Shown here one piece after another: positions 43,054 through 52,314 of a stretch of DNA of 64,000 nt (the stretch's first letter is position 1; every line of letters begins with the position of its first letter). This DNA comes from Diplonema japonicum (Eukaryota; Protista; Euglenozoa: Diplonemea): positions 558,001-622,000 of the forward strand of contig OZ025660.1 in assembly GCA_964019335.1 (NCBI GenBank). Direction: 5' to 3'. Position numbers and translations under genes: made by a program. Below the pieces are notes generated by a model. It searched no databases and had not been told where the DNA came from. It worked only from the letters and a program-made list of their open reading frames with translations.

Positions 43054-43111
43054 GTTTGTGCAAAAAAGAAAAAGGAAACCTTTTCCTCAAAAAGGCAAAA
43101 GAGAACCGCTG

Positions 43112-43177
43112 GAGTCTCACGCTGATAAAGCTCCCATTCCAAGCATGAGGTGCCCAACGGGTGGTATGTACAGCGTT
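43112..43177 (-). ncRNA. AGA-box guide RNA H6b copy
   Basis: Intact ACGCUG/CAGCGU stem and AGA. Confidence 0.7.
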
Positions 43178-43223
43178 GCGTTGTGTTGCGTTGCCTGTCC
43201 CTCCACTCCAAGGAGAAGGGTGT

Positions 43224-43319
43224 GCATCAGACGATGCCGTCTCACTGGTGTCTGCTCAGCACCAACAGAAGCCTGCCGGTTCATAAAAAATAGGATCTAA
43301 GTGGTGAATCATCATCTGC
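43224..43319 (-). ncRNA. Box C/D snoRNA CD5
   Basis: ATGATGA (43315-43309), internal ATGA/CTGA, terminal CTGA (43230-43227), GCA/TGC stem. D guide CGGCAUCGU is complementary to SSU ACGAUGCCG; single copy. Confidence 0.78.
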
Positions 43320-43364
43320 TCATTCCTTGGAGGGTATCTATTTATTTTATTTCCCCCTAATTCT

Positions 43365-43560
43365 CTCAGTTTATTTTTCAAAAAAAACACAGTTCTATCG
43401 CAGACCAGCCAACCCTGAAGGGCCGACCGACTAGGATCGGAGGTGACAGAATGGGTGTGTTGAGTTCTCATCACAGAGTTCCCATTCGCAGGAAAGTCCC
43501 CGCTTCTCCCAAAACAGAAAAAAGGCGATGTTTAAGGGCAAATCCCACTCGAGGACCACC
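43365..43560 (-). ncRNA. Unassigned structured RNA X, longest copy
   Basis: Retains about 45 nt of upstream sequence deleted in the other two copies. Confidence 0.5.
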
Positions 43561-43571
43561 CTAAAAAAGGA

Positions 43572-43666
43572 GACATCAGAACAGATCTTGGTTTGCGAAT
43601 GGAATGGTTGTACACACCGCACCCAAAGGTGCTTCATACGCCAGGTAAAGTGGTGTCATCATCTTG
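43572..43666 (-). ncRNA. Box C/D snoRNA CD4 copy
   Basis: Intact. Confidence 0.86.
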
Positions 43667-44414
43667 CCCACGACGGGACCCACCCCACCCCAGCAAGCAC
43701 AGAGTTGTGAATAAACAAGAATAACAAGAAAATAGCTCAGGAAAAGAAGAAAAGAGGGAGGAATGGAGCACCCAAAGGTGGGATGCCTTTTTTTTGCCAA
43801 AGAAGCAGGTAGAGTTAAGTCTCTCCGTCTCTCTATGTCCTTTCTTCATTTCGTGTGTTTATCCTCATGATCAAGTTGCTACTAAGTTGTAACGCCTACA
43901 GACGTCATCTACGGGTTGACGAACTTACATACTCAAATTGAAGAAAGCAAAAAACAACGAAACGGGAAATGAATGGAGGAACAGAAGATCACTGCAAATG
44001 AAGAGGTGTTCGCAGCAAAGGCCCACCGTAAAAAATAAGGGCACGAAAAAAAGAAAACAAAGCACAACCCCCTCAAAGAATGTGGAGTTATATCCACACC
44101 TGTTCTGCGGGGGTTCATGAAGTATAGCCCAGCTGTAGTAGGCTAGCTAGAATGTTGGGAAGAAAGTGTGGTGATCCTTCGGAGGGATGGGAACAGAGAG
44201 CAGTGGAGCTGCGGACCACTCTTTCTCATTGTGGTTCGTGGTGTCTTTCTTTCATTCTCTCCTTTTTTTTCCCCCCTCTCTGTCCCCTCCTCATCCGGAG
44301 GATCGTTTGTTTTTTTTTTCTTTTTTTTTTTCTCTTTTTTTTCTTCTTTCCTTTTGTTCTCTCGTGGGAATTTTATTTTTATGCATTTTATCATAAAAAC
44401 TACGGACTACTGTC

Positions 44415-44729
44415 TCACAGCTTCTTGGCAACCATGGATGTCACCTTCCCGTCGGAAACAGTGAAGGTCTGCCTCACCTTCAGGGTCACAAGGCCCAGGG
44501 CCACCTTTGCCTTCAGGGTGCGTGTGAAGGTGCCCTCGGGGGTCTCCACCAGCTCCGTCTCCCCGTAGAAGTCAGGTGCATCATCGCCTGACAACTGCTT
44601 CCTCAAAGCCCCCTTCCCCTTCACCTCCCACCGGGGGGTCTTGAAGTGCGCATCCTCCGCAACAAGGGCCAGCATCCCATCACGGTCCTTTGCCTTCATG
44701 CACTTTACGTACTGCTGCACAACGTCCAT
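44415..44729 (-). CDS. SnoaL/NTF2-like domain protein
   Basis: 104 aa from MDVVQQY; D.DGMLALVAEDAHF..P...KG..A and F.V.DGKVT motifs. Confidence 0.78.
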   Translation of the reverse strand: MDVVQQYVKCMKAKDRDGMLALVAEDAHFKTPRWEVKGKGALRKQLSGDDAPDFYGETELVETPEGTFTRTLKAKVALGLVTLKVRQTFTVSDGKVTSMVAKKL

Positions 44730-45359
44730 TATTTTGTGTGTTTGGTGGTTTGTTTTTACCTGCTGTTCATTTTTTTTTTTTTTTTTTTTTTTTTTATAAA
44801 GAGAAACAAAAAAAGAAGAACAAAGAAGAAGAAAAAAAAAGGGAAACAAGATAAGAAGAGGAAGACAAGAAGAAGAAGAAGAAAAACGATCGATATGTCG
44901 CCAAGAGCGCCAGCTCCACCTAAGTGGGCTGCCAAACGGAGTGTAATAAAAACATGCAGCAACTATCAAGAAAACAGCTTTCAAAGGAGAAACCACCACT
45001 GCGAGTGCCTGCAATGGATGCAGTGGTAGGGCTGCTGCTGCTGACAAAAAAAAGAAAAGGAGAGAGAAAAAAAGAGCAAGGAAAAAAAAAAAAAAAAAAA
45101 AAAAAGAAAATAAAAAAATGAAGGTTGCAAAAACGTAGCAAGCCTGCAAAATTGAACAAAAAAGAAGGGGAAGGGAGGGATAACATGTTTGTATATTGGT
45201 GGGAGCAAGAATGATCGTTGTGCATGACACCAGGAGCTATGAAAACGTGTGAGCTGTTTCCTTCTATTCCTTTTTAAGGGGTGCGGTAAGAATAGGTACC
45301 GCCGGGTCAAGTAAGGTGCTCTATCTCTTTGTTGTTCGTTTCAACTTTCCGGCAACCGT

Positions 45360-45482
45360 GCTTGGCTGCTTTCCAAGTTAAAAAACAAACCTTATAAATC
45401 GTCGCGATGGCAAAGGGCTTGCTCGGCTGTTTTTCTAAAGTTTCAAACAAACCTTCTTAAAAATCGTCGCGATTGCAAAGGG
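45360..45482. repeat. Imperfect ~62-bp tandem duplication
   Basis: AAACCTT..AAATCGTCGCGAT.GCAAAGGG occurs twice. Confidence 0.75.
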
Positions 45483-45619
45483 AACGAAAAAGAGAAAGAA
45501 CAAGAAGAAGAATAAGGGAATAAAAAAAAGGGGGGGAATGGCTTTATTAAAAAAAAGTCGTTGGTGGTGATTGTTTCATCCCTCGCCCTCTCGTGGCTGG
45601 CTGGTGTGGCTTTCCCTTC

Positions 45620-47080
45620 TCAGTTCATGAAAGGAGCCCAGTAGCCTCCATTATTGTTGGGGCTCGCTTCAGGGTGGAAGTTGTTGGCCTGCGGGGGGAC
45701 GTAGTTGGTGTCCACCAAGGTCTGGATGCGGTCCTTGATCTCCCTGACCTTATCGGGGTACTGGCCCACAAGGTTCACCCTCTCATTGGGGTCGTCGATG
45801 AGGTTGAAGAGGTACTCGTCTGCGACGGAGTCGGGTGCTTCCCAGGTGTACGGGTTGATGGTCCAGTAGCCGTCGTAGTAGGTGGACTGGTTGAGGTTCG
45901 GGTTCACGATGAGCTTCCAGTCCCCGCTGATGAAGGCTGTGTAGTTCTTCCCGTTGTCGAAGATGTTGATGGGGACCTCCGTGCGCAGCAGCGGGCCTTC
46001 CTCCATGATCGCCCTCCACTGCGACACCCCGTCGGAGGTCTGCTCGGGGAGGGACGCTGCTTCCAACAGGGTGGGGAGCCAGTCCACAGCGTGGATGAGC
46101 CCCTTGAAGCCGGTGCCCCTCTTGGTCGAGGGGATCACCCTGTCCCCGCCCTGCAGGAACCCCACCGCCCGCACCCCGCCGTCGAAGAGCGTGAACTTCC
46201 CCGCACGCAGGGGCCAGTTCGACCCTGCAGACCCCACCTCCCCCGACGAGGTTCCCGTCATCGACACGTCCACCTCCCCCCCGTTGTCCGAGGTGAAGAT
46301 CATGAGCGTGTTCTCCCAGAGCCCGAGGTCCCTGTAGAGGGCGACGAGCTCCCCGATCGCCCTGTCCACCTCGTACATCATGTTGCAGTAGACCTTCCTC
46401 TTTGCGGGCTGCACCCCGTCGCACTCTGTCGTCGGGGTAGGAGGGTTTTCCAGCGGGATGTGCATGTTCTGGTGCGAGAAGTACAGGAAGCTCGGGCTGT
46501 TCTTCTCCGCGATCTGGTGCAGGTATGTGTTCGCCTCCCTCATGAAGGCCGTCATCGAGTACTCCCCGACCGTGGCGTTCCTCTCCTTGTTCAGCCAGAA
46601 GTCGAACCCGCTCAACCTTCCCATCTCCACCGTGTGGTTGTAGTAGTCCCCCATCGCCTGCATGTAGCCCAAGTATTGCTGGAAGCCACGCTCCGTCGGG
46701 GTCTGCGCCCATTTCGCGTAGCCGCAGTGCCACTTCCCGATCATGTAGGTGTCGTACCCGGACGACACAAGGTACTCCGGGAGCGTCTTGTCCGTTGCCG
46801 GGATCCCGGCCGAGCTCCCGGGCAGGACCGTTTCCAGGTGCTGCATCCCCGTGTGGAAGGGATACCTCCCCGTCATGAAGGCTGACCTCGTCGGGCTGCA
46901 CACAGGTTGCATGTAGTACCTCTCAAGCTTGATTCCATTGTTGGCCAACTCGTTGATGTTGGGAGACGGCAGGTTGCCCCCTTGGTACCCCACGTCTGCC
47001 CACCCCAGGTCGTCCACCACCAGCATCAGGATGTGCGGTTGTGCACTCAAGGCTGCAGCGAAGCAGAGAACGGACAGCAT
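45620..47080 (-). CDS. Formylglycine-dependent arylsulfatase (S1, ARSB-like), secreted
   Basis: PHILMLVVDDLG, CSPTRSAFMTG, GKWHCG, SDNGG, DPNE motifs; short signal peptide. Confidence 0.93.
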   Translation of the reverse strand: MLSVLCFAAALSAQPHILMLVVDDLGWADVGYQGGNLPSPNINELANNGIKLERYYMQPVCSPTRSAFMTGRYPFHTGMQHLETVLPGSSAGIPATDKTLPEYLVSSGYDTYMIGKWHCGYAKWAQTPTERGFQQYLGYMQAMGDYYNHTVEMGRLSGFDFWLNKERNATVGEYSMTAFMREANTYLHQIAEKNSPSFLYFSHQNMHIPLENPPTPTTECDGVQPAKRKVYCNMMYEVDRAIGELVALYRDLGLWENTLMIFTSDNGGEVDVSMTGTSSGEVGSAGSNWPLRAGKFTLFDGGVRAVGFLQGGDRVIPSTKRGTGFKGLIHAVDWLPTLLEAASLPEQTSDGVSQWRAIMEEGPLLRTEVPINIFDNGKNYTAFISGDWKLIVNPNLNQSTYYDGYWTINPYTWEAPDSVADEYLFNLIDDPNERVNLVGQYPDKVREIKDRIQTLVDTNYVPPQANNFHPEASPNNNGGYWAPFMN

Positions 47081-47657
47081 TGTGTGCGGTTTCCTTTTTT
47101 TTTTTTTTTTCACTTCTTAAACCTGTGTGACTGATTGGGGGCTATGGCGTATTAAAAAACGAGAATTGAAAGGAAAATAAAAATGCAGAATTAAAAAAAA
47201 GCCTTCTTTTTAACTCTTCAAAAGAAAAATGTAGTATTAAAAAAGTATTTTTATATTTTTATTCCTCAACGAAACAGCGGGAGCCACCATTTAGTGAGCG
47301 TCAAATACGCAATATCACCAGCTGTCCATTGGGAAAATAAAAAAAAGTTTTAAAGAAAAGGAACAACCGAGAGGGAAAGGAGGGGGGAAAGTGTAACCAG
47401 ACATGTGTCATGGTTACAAGGTATAATAATCGGGAGGAAAGCTCTCGACCCACCACAGGTGGGCGAGGGGAATCATGTTAACTAAATGCTTTTTTTTTTT
47501 CGGACAAAAAAGACACGATGCACAAGTCACAGAAGAAGAAGAATAAGAAGAGGAAGCCTAATAAGTTGGTATTGTTGCTGTCTTGTCCCAATTAAGAGAG
47601 TATGGCGTTGGTCCTCTTCTTGTTGTTGTTGTTGTTGTTGCTGTTCTTGTTGCTGCT

Positions 47658-48722
47658 TCAGCCAATCTTGTAACCCAGGTGGTTGCCAGTGAGGCACTGG
47701 GCGTACCACCTGCTCTGCTTGTAGCAAGAGGCCCCGCCGGAGCAGCAGGTGGGGGCGTGAAGGCAGCTTCCCCACTTCGGGATCGCCGTGCGGCAACCAG
47801 AGGAAGGAGGGGGAACAGGAACGGGGACAGGTGGGACAGGAACAGGAGGAGTGGGAGGGGTGGGGACAGGTGGTGTGTTCCCGTTCCCCGCTGCAGGGAT
47901 GCACTGGGAATACCACTGGCTCTGCCTGTCGCACACCGCCCCTTGCGTGCAGCAGTGCATCGCGCTCGTGCAAGCCCCCCACATGGGAATCGTCCTCGAG
48001 CACCCTGTGGTGGGGGGAACAGGGACAGGGGGAACGGGAACGGGGGGAACAGGAACAGGTGGGACAGGAACAGGAGGAGTGGGAGGGGTGGGAACAGGGG
48101 GAACCGGAACAGGAGGAACAGGGTTCCCACCGCCACCACCACCACCACCACCACCTCCACTGAAGTCCAAGTCAACAGCGTTGTAGAAGCTTGCGGCGGT
48201 GTCACCGACATCCCAGATGGCGAGGACAACGTGGTAGCCCGACTTGGAGGGGAGGGTGCAGGAGTGGGTCGTCACCATCGGGGGCTTCACCATCCCGCCC
48301 GCCGCGGAGCAGAAGGGAGCATCCTCGAAGCTGCCCCTCCCGAGGGGAGCGTTCTGGTTCCACCCATCCTTCGTGATGTAGTACCTCCAGTCCAGGGTCA
48401 CGTGGTTCGCCGTGAACTGCCAGGTGAAGTCGGTCCTGCCCCCGCTCGCCGCCGTCTTCGCCCACCTGCTCGAAGACTGCTCGTTCAGAGGGGCCCAGGT
48501 TGCGCTCCCCGCCGCCGCCAGCTGCCCGTCCGGAGGACCGCTCGCTGGGTACCGGTCCGGTCCCTCCACACTCTGCGGCTCGTACTGCACCCCTCCGCAC
48601 CCGCTGTTTGTCTTCAGCTTGCACGCGTAGTTCCGAGAAGGCGGGCTCATCACGTAGCCGTGTCCCTCAACCCGCACCACTGCTGCCGCTGCCAGCAGCA
48701 TCGGAAGTCCCAAGCGCTTCAT
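47658..48722 (-). CDS. AA10 LPMO with two CBM1-like modules, copy 3
   Basis: 354 aa, same protein as copy 2. Confidence 0.93.
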   Translation of the reverse strand: MKRLGLPMLLAAAAVVRVEGHGYVMSPPSRNYACKLKTNSGCGGVQYEPQSVEGPDRYPASGPPDGQLAAAGSATWAPLNEQSSSRWAKTAASGGRTDFTWQFTANHVTLDWRYYITKDGWNQNAPLGRGSFEDAPFCSAAGGMVKPPMVTTHSCTLPSKSGYHVVLAIWDVGDTAASFYNAVDLDFSGGGGGGGGGGGNPVPPVPVPPVPTPPTPPVPVPPVPVPPVPVPPVPVPPTTGCSRTIPMWGACTSAMHCCTQGAVCDRQSQWYSQCIPAAGNGNTPPVPTPPTPPVPVPPVPVPVPPPSSGCRTAIPKWGSCLHAPTCCSGGASCYKQSRWYAQCLTGNHLGYKIG

Positions 48723-48819
48723 TTCTCTTCTTCTTTTTGTTGTGTGGAAACTGTGGAGTGAAATGGAAAAACAGTGATTAATCAGAACAGTGAACCCCCT
48801 CTTCCACTAGTGGAATGAA

Positions 48820-48920
48820 TGGATCAGTTTCCTTCTGTCATTTATGTGTTAAAGGGGAATCAGGAGACTGTGTCTTCATAGAATGGACCAATGTTCTTTA
48901 ACTACGGTGTCATCATGTGC
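48820..48920 (-). ncRNA. Box C/D snoRNA CD1 copy
   Basis: Intact. Confidence 0.8.
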
Positions 48921-49030
48921 ATTCTCATTTCTATCACCTCGTCGCAAAGGTCACCATGCTATGTACCTGCAGCTTACACTGCTCTGCGGTAATCAACTTG
49001 CTGCAAAAGGCAGTTGGCTTTTTGAATTTT

Positions 49031-49093
49031 TTTTCTTGAACCAATATTATTCCGTATCCCTTACAGCAAAGGGCAAGGAGGGTTGCAGGTACT
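49031..49093 (-). ncRNA. AGA-box guide RNA H3 copy
   Basis: Intact. Confidence 0.62.
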
Positions 49094-49151
49094 TCTTCGT
49101 TCTATTGCACCCGCTTGTTACAAGCTTGCTGTGCAGGTTATATCTGCCCGC

Positions 49152-49221
49152 GTATCTCGCAGGTTTTTGACCCTCACTTGAACCAGCAACATGGGTTCGC
49201 AAGGAACACGAAACACTGCTG
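49152..49221 (-). ncRNA. AGA-box guide RNA H4 copy
   Basis: Intact. Confidence 0.88.
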
Positions 49222-49245
49222 CGCTCGTGTGTTGTGTGTGCCCAC

Positions 49246-49313
49246 ATGTCTCGCACCCCTCCAACGCCTCTTTCATGTATGAAGAACGCGAAGTGGTGTT
49301 AATTAAGGGTGCT
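49246..49313 (-). ncRNA. AGA-box guide RNA H5 copy
   Basis: Intact. Confidence 0.75.
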
Positions 49314-49368
49314 CTCCTTCTTTTCGAGTATTCCCCTCCCCCAGCCCCCTTCTTTTTTACCCCGCAAC

Positions 49369-49432
49369 GTATCTCACGCTGATAAAGCATTCCAAGCATC
49401 AACAGTGCCCAACGGGTGCCGATTACAGCGTT
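49369..49432 (-). pseudogene. Degenerate H6 copy
   Basis: 4-nt deletion destroys the upper stem. Confidence 0.55.
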
Positions 49433-49545
49433 GCCGTTCTTTCTTTGCGGGGTATCGTGTTCTGCATTTTGTGAAGGTGCTGTTGTACTTCCTCTCTCCC
49501 CCCTCAGACAACCCCCGGTTTGTTTCCCTCCCTTTCTTCATGGAA

Positions 49546-49639
49546 GACATTAGAAGAGGTGTAGTTTGTTGATAATGTTCCATTTCACGCCCCCCCAGGG
49601 GGAGGTCATCTAACCGCAATATCGTGTCTCATCATCTGC
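49546..49639 (-). pseudogene. CD2 copy with mutated box D
   Basis: CTGA changed to CTAA. Confidence 0.6.
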
Positions 49640-49689
49640 CGTCCTTGCGTGCCGGTGCTTCCTTGTTTCTTTCCTCGTCCCGCTTCCGC

Positions 49690-49759
49690 TTATCTCGCAG
49701 GTTTTTGACCCTCACTTGAACCAGCAGCATGGGTTCGCAAGGAACACGAAACACTGCTG
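49690..49759 (-). ncRNA. AGA-box guide RNA H4 copy
   Basis: Intact. Confidence 0.88.
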
Positions 49760-49781
49760 TCTCTTATTATTATGAGAACTA

Positions 49782-49882
49782 ATGATCAGTTTCCTTCTGT
49801 CATTTATGTGTTAAAGGGGAATCAGGAGACTGTGTCTTCATAGAATGGACCAATGTTCTTTAACTACGGTGTCATCATGTGG
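49782..49882 (-). ncRNA. Box C/D snoRNA CD1 copy
   Basis: Intact. Confidence 0.8.
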
Positions 49883-49906
49883 TCCTCGCAATTGGTTAGG
49901 TTCGCC

Positions 49907-49972
49907 TCTTCTCGCACTGCTTCACAACCATCACCCTATTAAGAGGGAACTGGCTCGCTTATAAGCTTGCTG
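49907..49972 (-). ncRNA. AGA-box guide RNA H1 copy
   Basis: Intact. Confidence 0.7.
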
Positions 49973-50008
49973 AAAACTTCTTTGTTTTCCCATCTCCCTC
50001 TTCACTTC

Positions 50009-50073
50009 TCCTCTCGCATCAGGACTGGAGGATGGTATCTTTACTGCGAAAGGCCTTCCGTGGCACCCGTGCT
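50009..50073 (-). ncRNA. AGA-box guide RNA H2 copy
   Basis: Intact. Confidence 0.72.
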
Positions 50074-50153
50074 GCTTCTTCTTGAGTTTCCTTTTTGCGT
50101 TCTCTTCCCTGGGTGGTACCCCCCCAACCCTCTTTCCCCCCATTGTGTAGATC

Positions 50154-50221
50154 ACATCTCACGCTGATAAAGCGCCCATTCCAAGCATCAACAGTGCCCA
50201 ACGGGTGCCGATTACAGCGTT
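50154..50221 (-). ncRNA. AGA-box guide RNA H6 copy
   Basis: Intact. Confidence 0.75.
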
Positions 50222-50305
50222 GCCGTTCTTTCTTTGCGGGGTTGCTGGCTTTCCCATTGTGGTGGTGCTTCTCCCGCTTTTCTTCATGGCAGACACGCCC
50301 CCCTA

Positions 50306-50519
50306 GGGCTATGCTGGCAGGAAACGTGGAAACGTTCCGTTTCCGTATCCGTTTCCATGTTTTCAAAATTCTTATGGAAACGCGTTTCCATTGTTATGGA
50401 AACGGCTATGTTTCTGCCCAAGGAAACGGCCCCAAAATAGGGAAACGTTTCCGTTTCCGTTTTCGTTTCCCTTTTTCTCAAAAAATGCCTGGAAACGCGT
50501 TTCCATGCCAGCATAGCCC
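50306..50519. mobile_element. MITE (214 bp) inserted in a CD2 remnant
   Basis: Perfect 14-bp TIRs GGGCTATGCTGGCA/TGCCAGCATAGCCC, extendable to about 21 bp; many GGAAACG/CGTTTCC subrepeats; flanks TA/CA match the empty CD2 site CCCCCC-CA-GGGGG. Confidence 0.85.
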
Positions 50520-51124
50520 CAGGGGAGATCATCTAACCGTAATATCGTGTCTCATCCGTCCTTGGCAAGAAACCAAATAAAAGAAAAATAGAAGAAAGAA
50601 AGAAAAAAAGGGGGTGTTAAGTGAAAAATATAAAAGAGAGGAAAACAGGGGGTATAAAACAAGAAAGGTAAGGAAATAAAAAAGAATTCAAAGAAAGAAA
50701 GAAAAAGAAAGAAGAAGAGAAAAACAGCTGCTTATAAATTTTCATTTTGGGGGGACCTGGAAAAAGGAAACACCACAACACTTTCTCTTCTGGAAGAAAA
50801 AAAAAAGGGGAAATGAGGGGATAGAAAGAGAACACATAAAAAAACCAAGAGGTACAAAAGAACCTTTTTTATTTTATTTTATTTTTTTACCCTCTTCTGT
50901 TTCTTATTCTCTTTTTCTAGTCAAAAGCACCCTCAATCCGTCTAAATCCTTGGTTTATTCATGGGTTTTCCATTCTCTCTCTTTTTTTTTTTTGTGTGTT
51001 ATACATTTTTTTTTTAAACATAAAATCACTTCAATGAACAATCATCATAAAAAGAAGAAAAAAAGGAAAGAAAAAAAAAGAAGAAAAAAAAAAAAAAAGC
51101 AATGGCATCATTGTGGCCGAACTA

Positions 51125-51155
<31 letters not shown>

Positions 51156-51258
51156 CTTCCCTTTTTTTTCTTCTTTTTCTTTCCCCCCCCTTTCGGTTCA
51201 CGTCTTTTTTTTTTTTTTTTTTTTTTTCAAATTAAAAAAAAAGAGGAGGCGGTGCGGG

Positions 51259-51297
<39 letters not shown>

Positions 51298-51309
51298 ATC
51301 ATTCCCCAT

Positions 51310-51817
51310 TTATGTGTATTTCTGCACACCCCTAACATCAGCATCCACTCTGTTAGTAATATGCGACAAGTCAGAGGTGCCAAGATCGACGTTGGTCGGT
51401 CCGCCTGAAGCATAGACCCCTGTATAGTTGGATTTATCATCATGAAGGGCAACATTCTCAGCACGGGTGCCTGAGCTGGTAGGACCGCCTGAGTGCGTGA
51501 TCCTGGCCACCAGCTCGTCCTTGGCCAGGCTCTTCTTTTTTGCGACCTCTTCAAGAGCCACAGACTCAAACACAGCAAACGAGATCTTCCTCTCACCCTT
51601 CCCCTTCGACTTCGTGAAGATCAAGTCCGCATCTGTCGATGTAAACTTCTTGTCCATGAGCTTGCTGTCTTTACAGAACTTGCTGAAACGAGCGTTGTCC
51701 ATCTCCGGCTTGGCCTTTTTTTTTTTTTTTTTTAAACTAAACGTATTCACATACATTGTTCCCCCCACCGAACGCACAAAACGACTCGAAAACCTTCCTA
51801 AGCTCCGCCTTCGACAT
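51310..51817 (-). CDS. TPPP: Tubulin polymerization-promoting protein (p25-alpha domain), 1 intron
   Basis: F..FC.FG, MDNARFSKFCKDSKL, DADLIFTK, LHDDKSNYTG...GGP motifs; intron 51715-51754. Confidence 0.9.
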
Positions 51818-52314
51818 TGTTGGTGGGTTTTTTTTTTTTTTTTTCTCTTTTTTTTTTTTCTTCTTTTTGTAAGTTGTGGGGAGCAGAGCAAGGAAACGAA
51901 GAAAAAAAGAGGGGGGAAAAAAAAAGAAAACCAGGAAACGAACAGCGGGAGTCACCATTTGGTGAGCGTCATTACGCGTATCACCAGCTGTCCTTTTGGA
52001 TTTAAAAGGATCAAAAGAGAGAGAGGGAGGGAGGGAGGGAAAAGTGTAACCGGACATGTGTCATGGTTACAAGGTATAACGGGGAGGAGGGAGGGAAGCT
52101 CTCGACCCACCACAGGTGGGCGAGGGGAATCATGTTAACTAAATGCTTTTTTTTTTTCGGACAAAAAAGACACGATGCACAAGTCACAGAAGAAGAAGAA
52201 TAAGAAGAGGAAGCCTAATAAGTTGGTATTGTTGCTGTCTTGTCCCAATTAAGAGAGTATGGCGTTGGTCCTCTTCTTGTTGTTGTTGTTGTTGTTGCTG
52301 TTCTTGTTGCTGCT

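Noticed and set aside
43865-43940. Possible degenerate C/D snoRNA
   Set aside because: No good box C, box D would be TTGA, single copy.
47391-47425. SECIS-like AUGA hairpin in the LPMO 3' region
   Set aside because: Lacks the GA/GA quartet geometry and apical AA; no in-frame UGA in the gene.
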